DNA from: Vitrella brassicaformis CCMP3155 | Lineage: Eukaryota > Protista > Chromerida | DNA: 48,865 bases | Assembly (NCBI GenBank): GCA_001179505.1 | Contig: CDMY01000573.1 | Coordinates: 1 to 48,865 of the forward strand | Reading direction: 5' to 3' | Position numbers and translations under genes: made by a program | Shown here: positions 1 to 10,190 of the stretch, one piece after another | Position numbering within the stretch: position 1 is the stretch's first letter | Layout of the letters: each line of letters opens with the position of its first letter | Notes under the pieces: generated by a model | Told to the model about the DNA's origin: nothing | The model's input: the letters and a program-made list of their open reading frames with translations, nothing else | Databases searched by the model: none

Positions 1-39
1 CGCTCATATTGCAGGGCGGTGGCTGCGTCCCGCGCCTAC

Positions 40-371
40 CGACGAAGGCGCGGCGAATGTATTCCTTCTGCTCCTTGCTCACGCCAGCCTTGATGATCAG
101 GCGCAGCTGGTCCGCCTTCGCCTTCATGGTGGCCCCGCTGTTGAGTATGGTGATGATCTCCTCCCATCTGTCGGCCTCCTTCTGCCCCTCCAACCTAACC
201 TTATTGGCTGCAGACAGAACACGACAGAAAGCATCCATGCATCTTGGCAACTACCACCTGGCCGTTCGTGTGCTCACCCTCCCTGGCCTTTTTGCTGGCT
301 TTGCTCTTCTCCTGCCGTTTCGATGTGCTCTTCTCAGCCGGGCCGGGCCGGCGTGTGTCGCGCCCCGACAT
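40..371 (-). CDS. Family-A tandem gene, copy c, exons 1-2 (basic N-terminus MSGRDTRRPG...KSKASKKARE, then helical exon ANKVRLEGQKEADRWEEII...); runs off the window start; function unknown
   Basis: ATG at 371; GT-AG intron with acceptor ending at 208; exon 207-40. Clear paralogs start at 48231 and 46784 with the same exon and intron layout. Confidence 0.6.
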
Positions 372-489
372 CACGCTAGGCGTCACACGTTATCTACACG
401 CATCAGACGTGCTACCTGCAAACGCGCACAGGGCCGGACAGATCCGATAACAGAAACGGCGTATGGTCCGTGAGGTGCACGCTCTCGCC

Positions 490-1010
490 GCCATCTCACG
501 CAGTCTGCACCCCCCACGATGCATTGCCGTGTTTCTCTCACCTTCTGAGGGCGTTATTTTCTGTCGTGGCCGACCTTCTGCCGGGTTGCCAGCTGGTGGC
601 TGTCCTGAGCTCCTTTTCAGCTTCGCGCGCCTGCACCTGCTGACTGTCCCGTCCTTGTCCTGCAAATGCACACACACACGTGCATCCGTGCATGTCGCTA
701 GCTCCATTGTGGTCTTGCGTACCCTCTCCTCCTCAGTCTCGTAGAGCTTGAATATCTTGTACGCATAGCGAGAGCGGTCGTGCACATCAAACAGCACCTC
801 CACGCATCCATGTAGCCCCCTCCCGCACCGGCACACTCCCGTCCACGTACACGCTGTCGGTGTCGCTCTCCACCGCCCTCGCCACCTCCTTCTGCACACA
901 AAGACCATGGATATGCACACATACACCGCTATTGCCATGCTGCATCCATAAAATCCATCGAAGGTCCGGGAACGTACCCGCCACTGCCCCTGTGTGAACT
1001 GCCGGCGCAT
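490..1010 (-). pseudogene. Hypothetical gene fragments (MRRQFTQGQWR / KEVARAVESDTDSVYVDG... / VEVLFDVHDRSRYAYKIFKLYETEEER), apparently frameshifted
   Basis: Typical acceptors (gtgtgcag) flank protein-like segments, but the natural-looking frames do not join without an indel near 810-830. Confidence 0.3.
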
Positions 1011-1310
1011 CTGCACACCAACAACAAGACGCACAATGCAGTGGACCATATCCTCCATAACTTCATCATGTTGTTCTTCCCTAGGCCTTCAACGTATTAT
1101 ATGCAGCGCTCACCGGCTCTCTCTTGCCGCTCGATGATGGCATCGACGCCAAGGCGTCTTCGACGGTCACGTAGGAAGGCATCTTCTCCTTCTCAACTCT
1201 GCAATGGCTTCGTTGGACAGGTGGAATAATAGAGCACGCTGAGGGGAGGAAGACGGAAAGTGGAACAAATGGGGAAAACAGAAGCAATGTTTCGTTATAC
1301 CGTCGCGCTC

Positions 1311-1341
1311 CCGTCTCCGTCGAGAAAGTGAAATCTCGCCG
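1311..1341. promoter_or_regulatory. Imperfect inverted-repeat motif ccgtctc-CGTCGAG-aaagtgaaat-CTCGCCG, copy 1
   Basis: Near-identical to 2123-2154; lies about 23 nt before an ATG at 1364. Confidence 0.3.
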
Positions 1342-2122
1342 CAGTTTGGCATCATCTTGCAATGGATGTCTTCTCCTTTTCACGTTTGATAATGTTCGGT
1401 CCAGCCACGATAGGCCAACGCTCAGGCCAGCGACGTTTTTGCCACCCCGTCAGCTTGCCAGGCAATGCCAGCTTTGTACAGCCTTGCCTTCATCTCGAGC
1501 GAGGGAGAGTGTGCAATCGGGCCTCCTTGGCTGCATTTGCAGCTTGTCTGTCGGCGGCAAGACATCAGAAAGGACGACAGAAATCCTGCCAGCACATTTG
1601 CAGACTCTGTTGTTGCTCAGTTATGCTCACCCTCCGGCCGCCTGCAGGCCTTCTTCAGCGTCGAACTTCTTTGCGCTGCCGCCCGGCTTGTCAGGGTGAA
1701 CCTTGAATGTCCTGTGTACGTGGGTACAGCCACGCCAATACAAAACAGACACATCGGTTAATGAGCGGACGACTCTCCTGCACCGAAGGTACGTACCATT
1801 GAGGTCTTGCGAAGAGCCTTCTCCGCCTTCTAAGACTTCTCCGTCGCCCACCATCCCAACCTGAGCTTCCGAAAGGCGTCAAACGGCAAGAAAACAACTT
1901 TCGACTTGCGGTCTGAGGCGGGCATTCTCTCACAGCCGATGCGGGCCGGGGGAGAGGAGGAGAAGGTGAGGAGCCAGGTAATGAGGAGCAATTTGGTGAG
2001 GAGGAGGCTCAGCCGAACTGCAAAAGAGCAGAACCAACGAGAGGATGACGAGGACGTGTTGAAATGAAGCGGAAACGAACAGGAATGCGCTAAGGAAAAA
2101 AACCGCGCCGTCCGTCTCCTGG

Positions 2123-2154
2123 CCGTCTCCCGGCGAGGAAGCGAAATCTCGCCG
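2123..2154. promoter_or_regulatory. Inverted-repeat motif ccgtctcc-CGGCGAG-gaagcgaaat-CTCGCCG, copy 2
   Basis: Perfect 7-bp arms with a 10-nt spacer, ending 28 nt upstream of the RING gene ATG at 2182. Confidence 0.35.
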
Positions 2155-2181
2155 AAAGAACTCTAAGCTCGCAAATGCGGA

Positions 2182-3389
2182 ATGAGTTGGGTGGGCTGTT
2201 TGACGTATCCTGGCTTTGACGATGCGTGCCGCATCTCCCGGGATGGAGAGGAGTCCACCGAAACGGGTCTACTTATCTCGCCCTGCAGCTGTCGCGGCAC
2301 AATGGGTGAGATGACGCCTGATCTCACCAAATTGGATCTCACTCGTCTTGCCTTTCTCATCTCGATTTTTCCATTCGTCGTGTGCAGGCTTTGTCCACGT
2401 TAACTGTATGGAGGCGTTCCGACGACAGAAGCTGCAGACGACAGGCAAGGCGCAGCCGCACATGGTGGTCTTTGCTAGGGTCTTTGCTGTGTGGTCTACA
2501 GGTGAGCCCTCAACGAGATGTGAGATCTGCCAGGGGTGAGGCTACCCAGAGCACACAATTCACACCTGACGCTGACAAGAAACTGGTGTGTTCATCAATC
2601 AGCGAGTACGACGAGTATCTGCTCGGAGGTGCTCCCGAACGCGAGAAGAGGATCTATTTGTATGACGACCTTTTCCAGAGATTGTGCTTATGGGTGGTGG
2701 CACCTGTGGCGCTGTGGGTCTTCGGCAACACTGTCACGTTCGCGATCGGCCCAATGGTGATATGCTTCATTTCTTATCTGTTGGAGTGTCTAGTCGCCCG
2801 CCACCCGCGGTGCGCCAGCGGCCGACAGCTGCGTTGGGGTATCCTTCTGCTGCTCGCCCTCATCACACTTTCTGTGCTGCTGATGGCATCCAACGCCGAT
2901 TGGTCGTTCTGGAGTAGCGGAGAGTCCGTTCTCCTGTCTGTTTTCGGCTCTGTGGTGGTGCTTCCAATCAGTCTGAAGGCACATTACCACTTCAGAATGC
3001 GCCGTCGGCTTCTCGAGCTACATCGCGACCATGACGTGACGCAGCAGGCGGGGTGTCAGCTGCTGTCTATGGGGTATGGCTTGATCCAGTCTACACATGC
3101 TTTTGCGGTGGCAAGTTCCTCGTCGAGGACTCTGGCGCTGCTATTTGCGGCCTTCGGCTGGGTCGGCTTGACTTCGTGTCTTCTTGCACTAATCATTCTT
3201 TGGCGGCATCGGTTTCTCCTCCGACGGCTCGTCAAACGGCACGTGACGCCCCACTTTCTGCCAGGTGAGGGGTGGGGAATCCTCACACCGATCGGCTCAT
3301 GTGTTGTGTCCTCACATATTCGATACCTGCAGCACATTTTCAGTGCGCCGACTGCAGACGGTGAGCAAAAAGGAATCCACTGTCAATGA
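2182..3389 (+). CDS. RING-CH (RINGv/MARCH-like) domain followed by several TM helices; putative membrane E3 ligase; 3' end uncertain
   Basis: Exons 2182-2305, 2388-2535 and 2603-3264 splice in frame. They give CRIS...LLISPCSCRGTMGFVHVNC...RCEIC (C-x-C-x7-H-x2-C signature) followed by hydrophobic segments. Confidence 0.7.
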
Positions 3390-3401
3390 AGGCACGGACT
3401 G

Positions 3402-4163
3402 ATGAGACTCGTCATGATCAGGAAGCGACCCAAGGACCGACTTTGTATGAGAGACCCCCTTTGGCTATCGTTCAGAGACGCTCTGTGCTGTCCGGTGGTC
3501 TACTGCCTCTTTACGATCGCCATTTCATCTTTACTGTACATATTAGCCTCCCCCGGTTCCCCCTATTTTCCGTGGCTGGAGCTCTCGTGGCTGCTGTTGT
3601 ACCGCTGCGTCAAGCTGATTGGCTGTGGCTCGCTCGTTGTCGGTGCGCCCATCGGTGCGGCCTTTTTTGCTTGGGTGCTTATCCTAACACGCGTGTCAGA
3701 GGCCCGCGTGTCAGAGGCCCTCATCATCTTCTTTGCGGCCTTGTGGATCACTATGACCCCTGTTGGGGTGTGGGTTGGCATGGTCTATTCGGAGCTCACG
3801 ATAGGCACGTTAATGGTCAACCTGACAGACAAAGGTCTTGTCGCGGTAGCATGGGTGCTGGCAATCGCGATCGCCATAATGCTGGCCATGAATGAGATTC
3901 CCGACGGGAATCCGTGTCTCTATGGGGTACACGGGTGGGAAGTCGCTCTTGGAGAGCAGAGGATTGGGTCCGCACTGGTGGCTCTAGTCCACTTCCTCTG
4001 TCACGTTTTTTTGCCTTGGTTTACGACAAGTGCCGGAGCCACGTTCATAGCACTGCTCGCCGTCATTACCTTTGTCGAAGCAAGTAAAACGCTTGAGTTT
4101 CTCTTGACCTTATTCGGTGCTTGGGTGGCTGAGGGGCTGTGTCTGCATTACTTGGACGGATGA
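3402..4163 (+). CDS. Intronless multi-pass membrane ORF (about 7 hydrophobic segments); a separate gene or the C-terminal half of the RING gene
   Basis: 253-aa ORF with alternating hydrophobic stretches and an in-frame 15-bp tandem duplication (RVSEA RVSEA, about 3689-3718). No clean in-frame splice from the upstream gene was found. Confidence 0.5.
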   Translation: MRLVMIRKRPKDRLCMRDPLWLSFRDALCCPVVYCLFTIAISSLLYILASPGSPYFPWLELSWLLLYRCVKLIGCGSLVVGAPIGAAFFAWVLILTRVSEARVSEALIIFFAALWITMTPVGVWVGMVYSELTIGTLMVNLTDKGLVAVAWVLAIAIAIMLAMNEIPDGNPCLYGVHGWEVALGEQRIGSALVALVHFLCHVFLPWFTTSAGATFIALLAVITFVEASKTLEFLLTLFGAWVAEGLCLHYLDG

Positions 4164-4700
4164 GGGACTCCGAGTGATCGTTGAATGGAATGTGACGTGT
4201 GTGCGGTGACCCTATTTGTTGCGTGTGTTTCGTCTTAAGTCCATTTGAACCGTTCTGTAATGAATTCAGCCACTGGAGAGAGGCATTTCTGTGAGCGCAT
4301 GGTGTATGATCCTCCAAAGCTTTGAGATGCGCCACGCACGCTTTCGCGGGGGGGGACAAATTGCCATCCACGCACACAGATATCCACAACATGCGCTATG
4401 CCATTCGTCTTCAGCCATACTTCTGTATCAAAAAGTGACGATTGACTGTCAGTGACGGGGTCTCAAAAACACAATCATGACACGACAACCGTGCGTGCGA
4501 GGCGTGCAGGTGTGCGTTATGAATACAATGGTCATTCGTACGCGCTCATCTACGTATCGAAAATGACAACAACAAACTCCTCGCCCCTCACACACACATC
4601 CCTGGTTGGGTGGCTGGCGGGTCGGGGTGCGCACACACGATGGATGCATTGCACTGACACTGATGAATCGGTCTATCGGATGGATGGATGGATGGATAGG

Positions 4701-7700
4701 TCAGGCCTTGAGTGCCTTCTCCATCTCGAAGAAGGCGCGCTTCTTCTTCCACCCCCGTGCGAAGGGTGTGGGGTGGTCGGCGCCCTGGAACTGCGTGTTG
4801 AGCCAGCTGTAGGGGTCATAGGTGCCCCAGATCACAAACCTGGAAGGACACAGCCACCAAGAATGATTGTGGTGAGTGTGGTGGGTGGTGCGTGTGTGTT
4901 GCGTGGATGTATTACGCTGTGCAGTTGGGCTCCTCGATGCACATGCGCAATAGCATGCCGTAGATCTGCCCCTGCAGAAGCGAAGGAAAGGATGAATGAG
5001 ATCAAAGGCAGGGAGCGGCATCTGGGTGCTTGTGTGTTGATTACCTGTATGTATTCCTTTTCGAAGTTCCACTGCTCCCCGCAGGGGACGTACCCCTGGC
5101 CGGACACCCACTGCCCGCACCCTACATCCATCTCAGTGATGGACACCTCCTACACACACAGAGAGAGAAAGAGAGAGAGAGACGTTGGCAGATCAACAAC
5201 AAACCAATGTGCTCTTCTCTCTGTGTGCCTTCCCCCCCCCAGCTCACCAGTCCCAGTGACCCCAATCTGCGCATCTGCTGCCGCACGCCGTCGTACAGCT
5301 CGAACGTGACGTCGATGTGCGTCTGGAAGCCGACGCCGTCCACCACAGGCTTGCCCTTGTATGAGCCGAGCGGGTGTTTCATCAGCCACTTGGCCAGGGC
5401 GTAGACGGCGCCCGACTTGCCGCTGTCCGCCGAAATGATGTAGAAATCGTTGTAGTAGTTGTTGATGGACGTGCCCATGTTGTCGGCGGCGATCTTGGCG
5501 CGGCGGAAGACCTTGGGGAGCCAATCGGGGATGTCCTCCATCCACGTGCCCTTGCGCTCGATCCACGTCGTGCCGTCTGATGACTGCCCATCTTGCAAGG
5601 CTGAGATCGATGGCCATCCACACACATACAACACACGATACACGACATCCGACACACATGGTCTGTGTCTCTGTCCCCTTCCCTGGCCTTCTTTTGTTCC
5701 CCTGCCCACCCTACCCTCATTGGCGATATCGAAGTGGTACGAACCCTTGCGCCCGGCGTATCTCTTGACGTACTTGTCAGTGAAGTCCATCAGCCACGCC
5801 TCCTTCTCCGCGGGCGGCTTCCCGCGGACCGGGCCGGGATGGTCGCGGTACCAGGCGATGGCGTGCAGGCGGTGCAGCATGCCGTGCTGCTCGGCGAAGT
5901 CCATGATCCAGTCGCATGTGGTCCACTGGTACTGGAGGATGGAGCCCGGCTTGCACTCGGACTTGGCCACGGTGACGCTGTAGTGGGTCTTGATGGTGTT
6001 GAGGTAGTCGCTGTAGTCGCGCAGCCAATACGAGATGGCCGTGCCGATCTTCAGCTGACGCTTCTCGGCCAACGCGCGGAGAGACCCTGAATGCGGTCAG
6101 GAAAGGGAGAGAGACACATGCATTTTGTTTGTGTGTGTGTGTGTGTGTGTGTCTGCGTAGGGCGGCTGACTGACCAGCAGGGTTGACAGTTGATGGGATG
6201 AAGACGTCCTGTCTCTTGAGCACGGTCTTGCACTTGCCATCAGGGCACCATGGCGCATACGTCATCTGCCGACCTGCACAAGACAAGCAAGCAGCACAGC
6301 ACACCGCAGATTCCGTCCATCCATCCATCCATCCATGTGTCTCCTTTCTAGCCTGCTCCACCCACTGACCTTCGAACTTGCAAGGGGGCTGTCCAGTCTG
6401 CTCGCAGACGTTGTTGCGCTTGCCGCCGTGGTGCTGCATCTTGAAGACCTTCCAGTTGCAGCACTCGACGGGCTCCTGGTTGCCGCACTTGTTGCACTTC
6501 TCACCGCACTTGGCGGGGCAGCACACGGGGCCCTTGGTGTAGGCACTGAACAGACCGCCATACTGCTTCTCGCACATCCACTTCTGGCTGTTCTCAGGGG
6601 TCGCAGCTGCAGACGTACGTACGCAGAGGAAGAAAGATGGATCGACCATGTCTCTCTCTCCCTCTCTCGCTGTGTTGAGGGTCACACTTACCAGGGAATG
6701 CGCAGTCCTTGGGGCCGCTAATCTCCTTCTTGTCAGGGTGTGCGCTGTTCTTCATGGTGACCACTCGGGGGAATAGGGTGCATGGGAACTGCTTGGTGGG
6801 CTGCCCCGACCAGGTCCAGAAGTAGCAGTCGACCTCGTCCTGGCACGCACGGGCGCAGTCCATCGGTGAGGCGATGTGCTGGATGTCCATCTTGGTCGAC
6901 GCCGTGTAGATCTTGCCTGCCTGGCCACAACGAGCCACGTCATTCTCTACACACATACACACACCCAGACAGAGACAGAGAGATTGACAGGTACATGCCA
7001 TCTGCCGGTCCATATGTGGGGGCTCTGCTCACTTCCAGTGCACCATGCGGGCGCGAATACGATGTTCTTAGAGGTGGGTTTCTTGTCGCCCCTGTGCTGC
7101 TTGAGGATGCAGTTGTTGCCGCCCTTGGCCACGCTGTTGTCGTACTGGAACCAGGTGCACAGCTTCTCGCGCACACAGTTGTCGTGGCAGTCCTCCAGAG
7201 ACCGAGCCTTGATGGTTCGCAGGTTCTTGCCCGTCAAAGTGTGCTTCCTGCCCCACTCCAGACAACCTGACACACAGAGAGACATCCACACACCACAACA
7301 CACGCATCAAGGATGCCGTGTATTCAGTTTGTGGTGTGAGCAGCCTGCCTGTGTCTCGGCAGGTAGCTGCGCCCGAGACGGACATGCCGAACTGGTCATA
7401 CTCCTTGTGGCTCTTGTCGATGATAAGGGCGCCCTTGTCGGTCTTGTACAGCCAGCAGGCCGTGGTGCTCTTGGTGACCGCCTTGTTGAGGCGGTCCGCC
7501 TTGGGCCGTCTGTCGAACCAGAAGGTGAATCCCTTGCAGCCGTTGGTGAAGAAGCACTTCTCCTGGCACTGCGACGCAGACGTGAAGACACCCGTATACT
7601 TGTGCTGGTTGCCCAGGATCTGGCCGTTGGGGAACTTGGTCGTTGGCACGTAGCAATCTGCAGGCAGAGAAACAAACAAACACGGCTGACTGAATGCTTC

Positions 7701-9608
7701 TGTGTCTGTCTGATTGTTCCTCTTCCTACCTACCGTGCAGGCAGTATTTGGGTCCTGAGATGAGGTTAGTGCCGATGTTCTTGCCGACGCCGGTGTATGA
7801 CTTGAGCAGCGTGCACCTCTTGGCCACGAAGTTGTACTTGAAGAACTTGCAGGGGAAGTTCTGGTGCCTCTTCTGACACTTGGCCTGGCAGTCGGAAGCG
7901 CTGTCCACCTTGTCGATGGCCTTGACGCAGTCCTTGGGCGCGTTGGAGCCGGTGCAGAAGTAGTTGGTGAACATCTCGGCACAGTTGGGCACCTCCTACA
8001 AAACGAGAAAAGGCCGAATAGATCTGTGTGTGGTGCCTTGCCTGTACTGTGTGCAGACCTGCAGTGCTATCTCGGTGACGAGGCTGGTGCCGGTGTCGTC
8101 ACGACTCTTCAGAATGCCGCGTGCGAAGGCGCCCTGACACCCATGCAGACAAGCACACAACGGATGGATCAAGAGGGGGCCGGTGCTGACATCGCTCGCT
8201 TCACTTACGTCTGCACCGATGAACTCCGTATGGAAGCTGGGCCGCCAGCCGAGCTGGGGCTTGTTCTTGTTGACGTCACTCACAGAAGCCTACACGCCAC
8301 AGCACGGCGTAGCCGACAGCAGTGGTTTGTAGACGGGTCAAATGTATGTGAATGTGCGTGTGCGAATGGGCGTACCAGGAAGACGGTCATTTTTTCCTTT
8401 GCCAGCCATTGTCTCTCCATCTCTACCCAGTGCCCCTCGTTCCATCTGTTGGGATTCTCCGACTTGCGGTAGAGCCGCACCCGCTGCAGATTAATGGGAC
8501 GTCTGTTGCCCGTGACCGTAAACTGCACACACACCACAGACACAGACACAGACACACACACAAAGAAAGAAAGAGTGAGCCACTCATAAATGTGAGCCCC
8601 CTTCTCATACCGCAATCCAGTAGAAGCTGGCATCAAAGATGAATCGCGGCCGCAGGCCGACGGCTGACTTGGTGGTCGTGATGGAGCCCTGTATCGTGCC
8701 CTGCAGCTGCCGCAGGGGCTCCTCGCTGCTCAGCATCCGGGACACCATGGAACCGGTCTTCGGGGCGGCGCCATTATGGACGAAAGCAAAGACATTCTCC
8801 TGTCCTTCTCGGGCGATGAGCGTCCCCATGAGGCCTGCAGGCAAAGAGAAGGTGCTCAATTCGTTCATCAGAAATGCCCATTATATGCCATCTCTGTTGT
8901 CTTACCGTGTGTGGCGTGGATGTGTTCGTGTTGATTGATTTCGTGTGCCACGTGCTGCGGCGTGACGTGTGCATGTGTGAGGCCCATTGTCTCCACGCCC
9001 AGCCAGGCACGGTGGATGGCATGCGCCAGCAGCACCGTGCTCATGTACGCCGACACGCCCACCGATCCGCACTCATCACCAGAGGCGGCATCGCCCTGCT
9101 GCCCCCAAAGAGCCCGGCCGTCTGTGTTCGCCTTGGCTCGGCGGGCACTGATGGCTGCCGCAATGGCCTCATGGGCAGGGCCCTCATTCTGTGGCTCAGT
9201 CAGGACGATGCGGGGCAGCTGGCGAGTCGCATTGATGGTGCCGATCTGATCAGCGGCCGGGCTGATGACGGCCAGGGGCGTTGCAATGGGGTCGTTATCG
9301 CCGTCCGCCGTGGCACTGCCGCCGTTGATGACCGAATAAGTGAGGTGGAAGGGCCGAAAAAGGGCCACCAGCGGCACCAGGCTGCTGTCACGAGTGGGCC
9401 AGCTGACATGCTCAATGGCCGTCAACACGCCGTATTCACCACAGATGTCCGTCGAAGACGATGCATCGCCGCCCAATGATGTTGAATGCACGACGCTCAC
9501 ACGGAATGACGCTACGCCCTCAAGCCCATCCGCAGAAGACCATCCACCCGTTGCTCGGACCAACGAGACGACAAGGGCGAAGATCATGACGCGAGAGGGA
9601 AAGTTCAT
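4701..9608 (-). CDS. Secreted modular protein A: signal peptide, unknown N-terminal region, 4 PAN/Apple domains, Cys-rich linker, GH10 (xylanase-family) catalytic domain
   Basis: MNFPSRVMIFALVVSLVRATG signal peptide; four Apple modules (e.g. SASDCQAKC...CKFFKY...CTL...SGPKYC). GH10 motifs LHAIAW, FDIANE (acid/base E), YNDF, DGVGFQTH, ITEMD (nucleophile E) and IWG. TGA at 4703-4701. Confidence 0.9.
8915..9510. repeat. Left arm of a ~600-bp near-identical inverted repeat (exon 1 of gene A)
   Basis: The reverse complement matches about 10316-10930 with only scattered substitutions; the encoded peptides are almost identical. Confidence 0.9.
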
Positions 9609-9938
9609 GGTTGGATGGGATCAATCAGAGAAGGGGATGGCTCCGCGGGCCACGGGGAGGCTCGGAAGTCACCTTTACCAGCCCGGCTTTGGCTGGACAC
9701 GTTGGTGTCTGTGTTGTTCAGGATTCAGGACCGAAACTAGACAATTGACCCCCGGATACCCTGCTGTCGGAGAAGGGGGGATAGACTATGTATGGGACAG
9801 CGCTGCCGGCTTGGATCTCCCCGGCCCCCAGAATTGCGAGCTCATATTGGGGGACAAGCAGAAGAGTGATAGTGATTTGCGAAACGAAGTTGTCCCTCTG
9901 AGGATCTACAAGTGCGAAGGCTTGGATTCTGTTCAACC

Positions 9939-10133
9939 ATGCTTCTCGAGATCGGAATCGCCGCTATCATCTACGGACCCCCGCACCTCCCTCTCCTGGT
10001 CCAAACGCTCGAGATGATGGGTGAGGCGACCCTTATCCTCGCTTCGGTCTGCTCGTGGGCCGCCACGGAGATCCAAATTCAGGAGAAAAACAGGCGCCGC
10101 GAGCGCCAGAGACGTCGTGCCAGTGGCTATTGA
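9939..10133 (+). CDS. Possible 64-aa small ORF (hydrophobic N-terminal part, Arg-rich C-terminus) in the spacer between the GH10 genes
   Basis: MLLEIGIAAIIYGPPHLPLLVQTLEMMGEATLILASVCSWAATEIQIQEKNRRRERQRRRASGY*; supported by composition only. Confidence 0.25.
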   Translation: MLLEIGIAAIIYGPPHLPLLVQTLEMMGEATLILASVCSWAATEIQIQEKNRRRERQRRRASGY

Positions 10134-10190
10134 GAGATCTGCATCTCGCCCCCTTCTCGAGACCTCCGCCCCCAAAACTCGCTGATTCCG

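Noticed and set aside
1010-1070. Signal-peptide-like MMKLWRIWSTALCVLLLVCRCAG on the minus strand
   Set aside because: The hydrophobic part is a typical GT-rich intron acceptor (ttgttggtgtgcag) and the downstream frame is implausible.
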